DNA of 12,192 bases, taken from positions 1-12,192 of the forward strand of contig JBHGNT010001089.1 of the NCBI GenBank assembly GCA_043228905.1. The letters are read 5' to 3'. The notes below the pieces were generated by a model. The model saw nothing but the letters and a program-made list of their open reading frames with translations. It did not search any database and was not told the DNA's origin. The position numbers and the translations under genes were made by a program. Position 1 is the first letter of the stretch. Every line of letters begins with the position of its first letter. Source of the DNA: Azolla caroliniana. Taxonomy: Eukaryota > Plantae > Polypodiophyta. Shown here piece after piece: positions 1 to 9,040 of this stretch.

Positions 1-50
<50 letters not shown>
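1..50. repeat. (GA)25 microsatellite, open at the window edge
   Basis: Perfect GA dinucleotide run over positions 1-50. Confidence 0.99.
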
Positions 51-54
<4 letters not shown>

Positions 55-329
55 GAGGCCGTTGCCTCTGTTGTAACCGTTGCCTGGGGCGAAGATCATG
101 AGCACGAGGTCGTTGCCTCCGTGAGCTCACTGTTGTAATCATTGTGATATAGTGATAGTTTGGAGTCTGTGGACTCCCGTGGTTTTTCTTTCTCAGGGTT
201 TTCCACGTTAAACATCCTGTGTACTCTTCTCTCCTTTGTGTCGTGCGTGCATTACCCGTTTTCTGTGTTTGATCCTAGACTCGGTTGTGGCCGAGCATTG
301 TTAATCGAGAGTGTGTATTCCTGTCGAAG

Positions 330-341
330 TGGTATCAGAGC
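330..341 (+). other. Primer-binding site complementary to the 3' end of tRNA-iMet
   Basis: TGGTATCAGAGC, 16 nt upstream of the gag ATG. Confidence 0.95.
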
Positions 342-357
342 TAGGCAACAGAGAAAA

Positions 358-1333
358 ATGGATGATTCGTTGGGAGGCATGTTCAAGCTCACCGACTCCA
401 ACTATTCGGTGTGGAAGTCGAAGATGAGGGACATGCTCGTGGTTAAAGACCTTTGATTGCCGGTTCAGTTCGGGGACAAGAGACCGGACAAAATCGACGC
501 CGCGATGTGGGAGGTGATGCACATGAAGACAACGGCATACATACGGTGCTTCATCGACATGAGTCTATACAACAACTTCAATGAAGAGAGCAAGGCTCAT
601 GAGCTTTGGGAGAAGATCGACATTATGTTTCAGAACAAAAATGATGTTAATCAGGTTTTGGTATTCCGGAAGCTAGTAAGACTCCGGTACCAAGATGGCT
701 CCAGCATGGTGGAGCACATGAATGCCTTCCAGGGGCTGATACACCCAACAACATCATTAGAAGTACCTCTCGCTGATGAGGTACTAGCGCTACTCCTTCT
801 CGGTTCCCTCCCAGATAGCTGGGAGACGTTGGTTGTCACTTTGGGCAATGCCGGGCCGGAAGGGAAACGGTTATCCCTAGCAAGAGTGAAGTCGAGCTTG
901 CTAGATGAGGAGGTGCGTCGGAAAGATAAGGATACGAGCTCCGACTCCAAAGCGCTCCTTACCGAATCGGAACGCGGAAGACAAAGGAACCGTAGTCCCC
1001 AGAACCGGAAAAAGTCAGGGACACGGCCAAAGTCAAGGGGGAGGCCTACTTGCTTCTATTGCGGCAAGCCGGGACACTTCCAGAAGAACTATCGACACTT
1101 CTGAAAAGACAAGGAAACCGACGGTACCGATTCGAAGCAGACACCGAACCGGAACAGTAAAGACCGGAGGGGAATAGACCGGAAGGGAACGACGGCAATC
1201 GCGACAAGTGAAGAAGAGTTGATGCTCATCACCGAGGAGAGTGAGATAAACCTTGTCGGCGACGAGATGACCTGGGTGGTCGACTCCGGAGCGTCGTTCC
1301 ACCTTACCCTGGACCAGAAATGCTTCTCATCCT
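358..1333 (+). pseudogene. copia gag-protease pseudogene
   Basis: One reading frame from ATG 358 with in-frame TGA at 454-456 and 1102-1104; last Cys of CX2CX4HX4C replaced by Tyr; catalytic DSG at 1282-1290; no integrase or RT downstream. Confidence 0.93.
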
Positions 1334-1465
1334 TTGAGTTGCATTCAAGTCAGGCATCTGCCTTTGAGTTGGTCGAGCGACTGATTTGAGTCGAGCGACA
1401 AAGCTTACCAGAGTCAGGCGACTGCTGGCAGTCTTTTTATTAGCGCATTTTATTTATCCAGATTA

Positions 1466-1511
1466 GACGGTGCAGATCGCACGTGGTCTCGACTGAGCGA
1501 TCTACACCGTC
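1466..1511. promoter_or_regulatory. 15-bp inverted repeat with a G-box (CACGTG 1480-1485) at the arm/loop border, in the putative SEC3 promoter
   Basis: GACGGTGCAGATCGC (1466-1480) and GCGATCTACACCGTC (1497-1511) are 14/15 complementary. Function is inferred from position only. Confidence 0.4.
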
Positions 1512-1637
1512 GTATTCTCGAATATTGGGAATATTGCGCATGAAGAATATCACGAATATCACGCATGTGTCAATCTATGGTTTTATTCATGTTGATTGAC
1601 AAATCTTTGTCCATACAAAATAGTTTTTAAGGCATTT

Positions 1638-1681
1638 AGAGAGAGAGAGAGAGAGACATAGAGAGTTAGAGAGAGAGAAAA

Positions 1682-1725
<44 letters not shown>

Positions 1726-1824
1726 TGAGAGAGAGAGAGAGTTGAGCGATGGCGGAGGATAGAGAGAGTTAGAGAGTTAGAGAGAGAGAGACAGAGATTT
1801 AGAGAGAGAGAGAGACAGAGAGAG
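1638..1824 (+). repeat. Compound (GA)n microsatellite in the SEC3 promoter/5'UTR, with a duplicated start-codon segment
   Basis: Interrupted GA runs; 27-nt AGAGAGAGTTGAGCGATGGCGGAGGAT at both 1734-1760 and 1817-1843. Confidence 0.95.
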
Positions 1825-1831
1825 TTGAGCG

Positions 1832-2003
1832 ATGGCGGAGGATGCAGAGCTTCTCCGCCTGGCGGAGGCGACCTTCAGAGACACAGACAACAGAGTCCTC
1901 ATGGCTTTCCGAGTCTCCAAGAGCAGTCGTTTCAGCGTCGTTCCTGCTCGCAAAAGCAGCAGCAGTAGCCTCTCCTCCAAACAGAGAGTGTTTGCCCTCA
2001 CAA
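1832..2003 (+). CDS. SEC3: Exocyst complex component SEC3, coding exon 1 (start of the N-terminal PH-like domain)
   Basis: MAEDAELLRLAEATFRDTDNRVLMAFRVSKS...KQRVFALT resembles the plant SEC3 N-terminus (DDEELRRACEAAI...IVMSIRVAKS...KPRVLALS, from memory); donor A|GTAAGT, phase 1, compatible with exon 2. Confidence 0.88.
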
Positions 2004-2641
2004 GTAAGTGCATCTTCCGTTTATCTCTCTCTCTCTCTCTCTCTCAATGTATATGTCATATTGTAGTATACCTAGCCAGCTGGGTTTTCTAGATCTATAA
2101 CTCCAAATAAATTTTTCTATTGAGTATCTCTGTCAATTTTTATCAATTTCTGTTTTTTCTGCATCAAAACAGTACGCTCTGTCTATGTAAGTATTTCTGT
2201 TTTTTTTATCTATTGCCCCAGAGTTGTACATCTACACTTTATTTAAATTTTATTGAAGTTCTATCTGGTAGTTTTATTGTTTTATTTTATTTCTGAACCA
2301 AGTAGTCCTTTTGGTATAGCAATTTGGTTTCTCTAGATTGATCTTCCAAGATTTCTCCATATTTTACTTGGGTTTTTCTTCAACTAGTATTAGTTTTCTG
2401 GTTTGTGTTATATCAAACACACACAATGCTCCTTCATCATATAATGATATGGGTCTCAATAGATCAATTCAGCTGAATTTGCATGACATCAATTTGGCTA
2501 CGTTCCCATGATAGGCTGTCATTGTTTCGATATCAATTCAGCTGCATTCCCATCATATCATGGATCTGCTGAAAATGTGTATAAATCATCATGGTCATAT
2601 TGTAGAACCCAAAAGCTATAGACGCCTAATTTCCATTATAG

Positions 2642-2875
2642 TGAAAGCAGAAGAACGTGACAGAACATAGTGAATAGAAACACGGCTTCGAATAAAAAGA
2701 AAGAAAGTCAGAAGGCTATGTCCAAGAGTGAGAAACCTCAAGGTGTAAAAAGTGGAAAGGGAAGAGACCTAACTGAGAGTAGTTGGCTGTCTGCAAGATC
2801 CTCAAGATGGGAGCAGTAGCTCCTAGAAAAGTTGGGATATGCCCCACCTAACTTCCTATAGGGTTCCCCCAATCA
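2642..2875 (-). mobile_element. Possible solo LTR
   Basis: Starts TGAAAG like the other LTR ends in the window and ends ...CCCCCAATCA; only an imperfect TATAG/CATAG flanking repeat. Confidence 0.25.
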
Positions 2876-2883
2876 TAGCTAAG

Positions 2884-3440
2884 TTCTCAATCCTTCATTT
2901 TAACCAACATATACAACATAATGAAGTAAGATGCTGACTGTGAAGTAGGTGTTACGGTAAAAATAGGCAAGCCATAAAAAGCAATAATAATATTACAGTA
3001 ATGTCCTGGATTGACCTTTGGAGGTATGTCATGAATCGAGGAATTTGTTGGGGCGCTCTATCATTTGGAAATATTGTAGGATCTTAGGAACATAGTTATG
3101 TTGTGCGAAGATCTTCGTTTGTGTATTGTTGAGATTACAAGCTCAGTCACACACATTGTGATTGAACTAATTTCTCAATCCTTCAGTTGAACCAACATAT
3201 TCAACATAACGAAGTAAGCATGCTGACTGTGAAGTAGGTGTTAAGGTGAAAATAGGTAAACCGTAGAAGGCAATTAATGATATTACAGTAATTTTCCAGG
3301 AAGTATGTCACTAATCTAGGAGTTTGGGGGCCGATCTTATCATTTGGAAATATTATAGGATCGTAGGAATACAATTTTGTTGTGTGAAGATCGTTGTTTG
3401 TGTATTGTTGAGATTACAAGCTCAATCACACACTTTGTGT
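2884..3440. repeat. Old tandem duplication, period ~288 bp
   Basis: Copies start TTCTCAATCCTTCA at 2884 and 3172 and share blocks such as ATGCTGACTGTGAAGTAGGTGTTA and GTTTGTGTATTGTTGAGATTACAAGCTCA; many substitutions and indels (roughly 80% identity by eye). Confidence 0.95.
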
Positions 3441-3729
3441 GTATTAAAGCTCATCATTTGGCTTTCTGAAGGAGAGATGCCTTTTGCATTGAATGAAGTG
3501 AAAACTTTAAATGTCCTAATCACCCTCCTATGTATAAAGAAGTAGAAGACAGAATGACAGTTTTCTAAAATATCTAAAGGCAGAAATATAGAAAGTAAAA
3601 ATAATTATGAGTTTTAACACATAGGAGAAATTAAAGAAAACAGAAGCATTTCTGCAAAACAAAAGCCCACAACTTAAAAAGCGTACAAGATAGGATTGCA
3701 GAGACATATATATGTGCTATTCAAGATAC

Positions 3730-4033
3730 ATAGAACATGCTTGTAGAAGAAGAGCTTTATATGCTGATGGGACAACTAAGTCATGGCCTCACAAATACCT
3801 ATTTTAATGCTGAGTGTTAATCTTGCTCCAGGATGCCATTTAGTGTACAAAATATTCTCTTAGAAGTTGTAGTACAGTTCTATAGAACATGCTTGTAGAA
3901 GAAGAGCTTTATATGCTGATGGGACAACTAAGTCATGGCCTCACAGATACCTATTTTAATGCTGAGTGTTAATCTTGCTCCAGGATGCCATTCAGTGTAC
4001 AAAATATTCTCTTAGAAGTTGTAGTACAGTTCT
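3730..4033. repeat. Young tandem duplication, 2 x 152 bp
   Basis: 3730-3881 and 3882-4033 are directly adjacent; I see only two differences (CACAAATAC/CACAGATAC, CCATTTAG/CCATTCAG). Confidence 0.98.
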
Positions 4034-4777
4034 GAAAACACGACTGTACAGCTCTAAAAAATCAGAAAATGTTAAATCATATATAAATGTCTTTCTAGTT
4101 TAATAGGAGCAGCCTAAGGGCCTTTAATCCCAAAAAACTCCCACTTAAAGGAGCTAGGTTACTCTACTAGATAACTCCGACTTACTCAAGGTAGTGTTGG
4201 TGAAGTGGCTTTGATAAACACTTTGTTTAACAACCTGCTGGATTCTCGGTGGCATCAATCTGTACTTGTTGGATTTGACCATCCTCTATCACCTCTCTAG
4301 AAGTGATAGCGAATATTAATATGTTCAGTCCTTGCATGGTGACCAGGGTTCTTTGCTTAACATATGGCACTTTGGTTATCACAATATAGGACGGGAATTT
4401 GCTTTGGGAGTCCAATCTTAGTACACAAGAGAGTTACCAAATGGCCTCCTTAGAATGCTCGGCAGCTGAGATATACTCGGCATATGTAGTCGAGAGTGCA
4501 ACAATTTGTTGCAACTGTGAACACCATGAAATAGCTCCCTCGCGAGAGTATAGATGTTACCTTGAGTAGATTTTCTTGTGTTCACATCTCCAGCCATATC
4601 AGAATCACAATAGCCATGAAGATTCAAGTTCCCTTTGCCATAACAAATGCATTGTTCCTTAGTTCCTTTGAGATGTTTAAGGATAGTCTTGTTTCCTCTT
4701 TGTGTTTGGGACAATATGCTTATCAAAGAGTTACTTGTGGTTGAAGAGGCACTGAAGATGGCTTTGCATCAATCATC

Positions 4778-5280
4778 TGAAATCATTCCAATACCTTCTC
4801 GTTGTACTTGTCTAGGGACACAGGTAGTAAGTTCTTTGTCTGTCCCGTTTGATTCTTATCCCAAGAATGTGCTTAGCTTTTCCGAGTTCTTTCATGGAAA
4901 ATGCAGTTTGAGTTTGCATTTTAATTCCTGCAAAGTTGTTTTAGGCTTTCCGGCAATGAGCATGTCTTCAACATACAAAACCAAAAGAATAGGACTGCCA
5001 TTATTAGTGTCTTTTTTCATATAGAGAAGGTATTGAAATCATTCCAATACCTTCTCGTTGTACTTCTCCGAGGACACATGTAGTAAGTTCTTTGTCTGTC
5101 CCGTTTGATTCTTATGCCAAGAATGTGCTTAGCTTTTCCAAGTTCTTTCATGGAAAATGCAGTTTGAGTTTGCATTTTAATTCCTGCAAAGTTGTTTTAG
5201 GCTTTCCGACAATGAGCATGTCTTCAACATACAAAACCAAAATAAGAGGACTGCCACTAGTTTCCTTTTTCATATAGAGA
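4778..5280. repeat. Tandem duplication of ~250 bp inside the RT of element A
   Basis: 4778-5027 and 5034-5280 both run TGAAATCATTCCAATACC...CATATAGAGA, with a 6-nt spacer; seen also as near-identical ORF-track peptides. Confidence 0.97.
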
Positions 5281-6007
5281 CAAGGACGTGTCTTACTTCA
5301 TAGTTCCCATTAGTGAAGGCGTTTGAGAGCATGAAAGAGTCCAATGTCTTATTCCATAGGGGTGGGGATTGTGTTAGCACATGGAGCCTATGTCAAAACT
5401 TACAAATTAGATTCTCTCCTCCTAGAATCATGAACCCTTTAGGATGCAACAGATAAAGCTCATCTAGGCTTCCATGAAGGAAAGCAGTCTTTACATCTAT
5501 TTGATATAAGTCCAAATCCAAAAAGGCTGAAATAGTGAAAAGTGTCCTAAGTGTAGTCATTTTGACTATTGGAACAAAAACCTTCAGAAAATTGCTTCCT
5601 TGTAATTGTTTGTACCCTTTGGCTACCAAATGAGCCTTATACTTGGCTTTACCTTCTAGAGTCGTTACCTTGTAGAACAACTTGTTAGGCATAGCCTTTT
5701 CGCCTTTGGGTAGATCCACAATATCCCACGTGTTATTCTCATGGAGTGCTTTGATCTCCTTTCGCATAGCAACCTCCCACTTGTTAGAATGCTCACATGT
5801 CCTACTCTCCTTAAGAGTGAGACACTCCACTTCATCTGTTAAAAGAATTTGATGAAGAGATGGATCATACCTTTGGGTTGGATGCTTCAAACATGTTGAT
5901 CTCCTAACCCAATGATCTACATTATTTGGAATTGGTTCCAAACCAAATGGAATATCTTCTTGCTGAGTTGAACAATGATTTTTTCATTTGTAATTAATCT
6001 TCACCTT

Positions 6008-7725
6008 TGAAAGAGAGATGGCGTGATGGTGTGGTTAGATCCAAAACACTATGGGAGTGGGCAGCTGTGTGAGGAGAAAGAAAGAAAGAAAGAAAGAAAT
6101 ATTAACGTCTTTTAAGAGGCCAAAATGGCCTATAAGACCAAACAATAAATCACATCGTAAGTGTTGTCTTGTCTTTGAGAACAAAAAAAAAGAGTACATA
6201 AGTAATACTTCGTAAATATAAAAGTATATAAGATAAAAAGAGATGAGGGAATCTGGTTTTCGTCAAATATAAAAAGAGAGAAAGTAGAATTCATTATGAG
6301 AGGTTTGGACCAATTATTATTGATAAATAACTTTTAGGTCATTTTGGCATGTTCACACACAACCAATGACCCAAACTTATAAAAATAATGTAAATGCCTA
6401 TAACCTCTCAAATTGGGGCCTAAGATATAGTAAACGTATGTCTAGAAAGCTCTTGAAGAGAACTTTCACATGGAAGGGTAAAAAATACTAAAAAAGGAGA
6501 GCCTTGGGGCCTTTATTCCAAATAACCTCCCACTTAAAGGACCAAGAAGGCTTCGTTAAGCTAAGTAACTCCCACCATCTCTACACATAGTTGATGTTGT
6601 GCCTTGGGTAGACACTTTGTGAGAGCATCTGCAAGATTTTGTGAAGTATTGACCTTGATGAAAGGGATTAGGCCATCCTCTAGCACTTCTTTGAGAAGTG
6701 GTATCTCACATCATTATGCTTTGTGCGAGCATGAAACATTACATTCTTTGCCAAATATATGGCACTCTAGCTATCACATCCAAGAATAAGCGCCTTTTTA
6801 GACATCCCAAAGTCACTGCACAAGCGGGCTAACCAAATGGCTTTTTTGGAGGCCTCTATTGCTAAAATATATTCAGCCCCTGTAGTACATAGTGCAACTA
6901 CCCTTTGAAGTCTTGAGCACCATAAAATAGCTCCACTTGCTACGGTATATACATTGCCACTTGTGGACATGTGTGTTTCCACATCACCTGCCATGTCTGG
7001 ATCACAAAATCCTTTTAACTCTAATGGACCATTTCCATAACATAGGCATTTACTTTTGGTCGCTTTCAAATATCTCAAGATAGATTTGATTGCCTCGTAA
7101 TGAGCTCTATCAGGATTAACCATGAACCTGCTAACAACTTTGACTGCATGAGCAATGTCGGGCCGAGTGGCAACCATAGCATACATAAGTGAACCACTAG
7201 CTGATGCATATGGAACATTCTTCATGTAATTGGCTGCATCATCATCTTTAGGATAAACATCCTTGGAAAACCTAACATGTGGCTGTAAATGCACTCCAAG
7301 AGGCTTAGCATCAGCCACATTAAATCTGTCCAACACTTTCTCAATGTACTTTTCCCTTTTTATTCGCATACTAAGAATATGCTCAGCGTCCCCAAGGTCT
7401 TTCATTGACATTGTAGAGTTCAACTGCTGTCTTAGAGCATTCAGTGTGCTCTTTTTCTTCCCTGCCAGCAGCATATCATCTATATACAGTATGAGAATAA
7501 TTGGGCTACCATCTTCGTCCTTTTTAGTGTACAAATAGTGGTCTGCAGGGCTTCCTTTGAACCCATGTTTGAGCATAAATGCATCAAACTTCTTAACCAT
7601 TGCTTGGGGGCCTGAATCAACCCATATAAGCTCCTTTTCACTTGCATATCAAATGTTCTTTTCTAGGAATGGCATATTGTTCTGGTTGTTTCATGTACAG
7701 CTCTTTGTCTAAATAACCATGGAAC
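6008..7725 (-). mobile_element. Decayed Ty1/copia element B, 3' half: RT, RNase H, PPT and 3' LTR (6008-6524)
   Basis: ORF 7600-6767 with LYIDDMLL, MKDLG, PYASASGSLMYAMVATRPDIAHAV, GFCDPDMAGD; PPT AAGTGGGAG at 6535-6527; LTR end at 6008 matches the PBS-adjacent LTR end at 8921; RT similarity stops at ~7725 (HGYLDKELYMKQPE). Confidence 0.95.
6085..6274 (-). mobile_element. 5'-truncated non-LTR retroposon (LINE 3' end or SINE) with (TTTC)n tail, inserted in the LTR of element B
   Basis: Reverse complement of 9485-9635; flanked by AGAAAGAAAG (6075-6084) and AGAGAGAAAG (6275-6284); absent from the sister LTR at 8981-9002. Confidence 0.8.
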
Positions 7726-7728
7726 AAC

Positions 7729-8057
7729 TATTACGGAGAACCCGCTTGGCCCAACCAATCGGGGAGTGAAACAGAGCATGAAACCTTTTTTTAGCTTGCG
7801 TGAAACCCCGACCCGGTTTACGTACAAAAGTGGGTCGGTTTGCCCTTAATTCCTAGATATACTGAGTCATCTACTCATGTCGCAGTGGCGGATAAAAAAT
7901 CTAAAAAGTCTGTTTTAACATCCATTTGGAATAATTCCGAATCCAAGGCAGCTGTGAGAGCAAAAAGACACGTAGTGTGGTCATCGTAACCATTGGGGAG
8001 AAAACCTCGTGGAAATCAATGCCTTATTTTTGGGATATCCCTTAGCAACCAGCCTTG
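7729..8057 (+). mobile_element. Unclassified insert, possibly the start of another LTR
   Basis: Abruptly replaces the RT of element B; begins TATTACGG (possible decayed TGTTACGG LTR start); internal CCGACCC/GGGTCGG inverted repeat. Confidence 0.3.
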
Positions 8058-8600
8058 TGTTGGGGTAAAGGCCGTAAATGACCCCATTATATTGTATACA
8101 TGTGTGTAGGCCTAATTAGAAAAGCCAAAAGTCACTTATCACTTATTCTTTATTTTTGGGCCAAGTTCAGTGTGAACTTGGCTAATACTAAATGGGTAAT
8201 ATAAAACATAAGTTTAGAACATTTGGATTTCCTTCCAAAAAGGTGAGCTCCTCCAATTGCTGCGCTCTCCATTTTAGTCATCGCACTACCATCTAAAGCG
8301 CCCATACCTTGGTGATTCCCGCGGGTTCCTCTACTCTATCGACATCATTTTTGTCCCTTTCAACTGGTATCAGAGCTGATTTAGGGTTTCAAAATTGTTG
8401 CATAGGTACTGTACAACAAAGAAAAGGTGTTCTATCGCGATAATCTTTAGTTTCATTGCGAAGAACCTTGCTCTAGAGCTTCGAGGAACTTCTTAGGCAT
8501 CTCAACAGTCCATAACAAGTTGTTTTTAGGTGATTTTCAGGCTAAAACAAGTGTTTTTTAGCAATATATTAGTGGTTCCAGCAAATTCTCAGGTTTCTGT
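8058..8600 (+). mobile_element. LTR element C fragment: 305-bp LTR (8058-8362), PBS (8365-8376) and leader
   Basis: TGTTGGGGTAAAGGCC...CCCTTTCA then AC then TGGTATCAGAGC; termini resemble the LTR ends of A and B; no gag seen; right boundary approximate. Confidence 0.85.
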
Positions 8601-9040
8601 AGGTTTTCTCACTATCAACGTGTTGAACAAATACATTGAAAGAGAAGTGCTACATTTATCATATCTTCAGGTTTGACTGCAAGAAGTGCCCGTTCACTAT
8701 CTTTAAGAAAGAGAATTCCTAACATTCTCTCTTTCCATAAATCAAAACCACTACCTTCAAATCTCTTGATCTTGAATAAGCCTTGAGATCAGAGGAGGTA
8801 GTGATCATGTTTGCACTCAATGGTTTAAAAACAATTTCACCAAAAAAAGTACTTATGTTGTCCTGTGCCAATCACTTGAGTCAGAAATTCTTGGCAATGA
8901 AACCTCACTCTGATACTAGTTGAAAGAGAGATGATGTGATGGCGTGGTTAGATCCAAAACACTAAGGAATTGGGCTGTGTGTGAGGAGAGAGAAAGTAGA
9001 AAAACTGTGTAGAAAAATAGAGGGGAAACCCTAGCAGCTA
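8600..9040 (-). mobile_element. 5' LTR remnant, decayed PBS and leader, probably of element B
   Basis: 8921-9002 aligns with 6008-6084 plus 6285-6289; minus strand reads ...CTTTCA-AC-TAGTATCAGAG (PBS with one change, 8918-8908); both outer boundaries approximate. Confidence 0.8.

Larger units (their letters stand above)
51..1333 (+). mobile_element. Truncated Ty1/copia LTR retrotransposon, 5' part (LTR 3' portion, PBS, gag, protease), Tnt1/Tto1(Tork)-like
   Basis: LTR U5-like GGTTTTT...AGGGTTTTCCACGTTAAA at ~181-212; PBS at 330-341; gag ATG at 358; motifs LLLGSLPDSWETLVVTL, zinc knuckle CFYCGKPGH, protease WVVDSGASFH; similarity stops at ~1333. Left boundary approximate. Confidence 0.93.
3467..6007 (-). 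mobile_element. Decayed Ty1/copia element A: RT, RNase H, PPT and putative 3' LTR (~3467-4135)
   Basis: Minus-strand peptides KAHLVAKGYKQ, QIDVKTAFLHGSL, LVLYVEDML, GYCDSDMAGD, ENPA; PPT AAGTGGGAG at 4146-4138; LTR end TGAAGGAGAGATG at 3467 resembles TGAAAGAGAGATG at 6008 and 8921; many frameshifts. LTR extent is inferred. Confidence 0.9.

Noticed and set aside
160-357. N-terminal extension of ORF 160..456
   Set aside because: Starts at a TTG inside LTR sequence; the real gag start is the ATG at 358 after the PBS
454-456. Programmed stop-codon read-through in gag
   Set aside because: The stop lies early in gag where Trp is expected, and other lesions show the element is decayed
1520-1562. 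P1BS (GNATATNC) phosphate-response elements
   Set aside because: The repeats are GAATATTG and GAATATCA, which do not match the consensus
1777-2066. Overlapping ORFs 1777..2013(-) and 1842..2066(+)
   Set aside because: Shadow frames of exon 1 extended by GA/CT microsatellite (LSLSLS); no independent support
2463-2561. Short direct repeat ATCAATTCAGCTG and palindrome AATTCAGCTGAATT
   Set aside because: Real but short, with two degenerate copies and nothing to suggest function
2884-4033. CRISPR-like or satellite array
   Set aside because: Only two-copy duplications with no repeat-spacer structure, in a eukaryotic intron
4562-7538. Plus-strand ORFs over the copia remnants
   Set aside because: Antisense shadows of minus-strand RT/RNase H
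6767-7600. Functional or domesticated reverse transcriptase
   Set aside because: YIDD is retained, but the RT N-terminus is frameshifted and cut off, there is an internal deletion near REKYIEK, and RNase H is interrupted by a stop
8379-9035. Telomere-like TTTAGGG / AAACCCTA motifs
   Set aside because: Single copies within LTR/leader sequence; not an array
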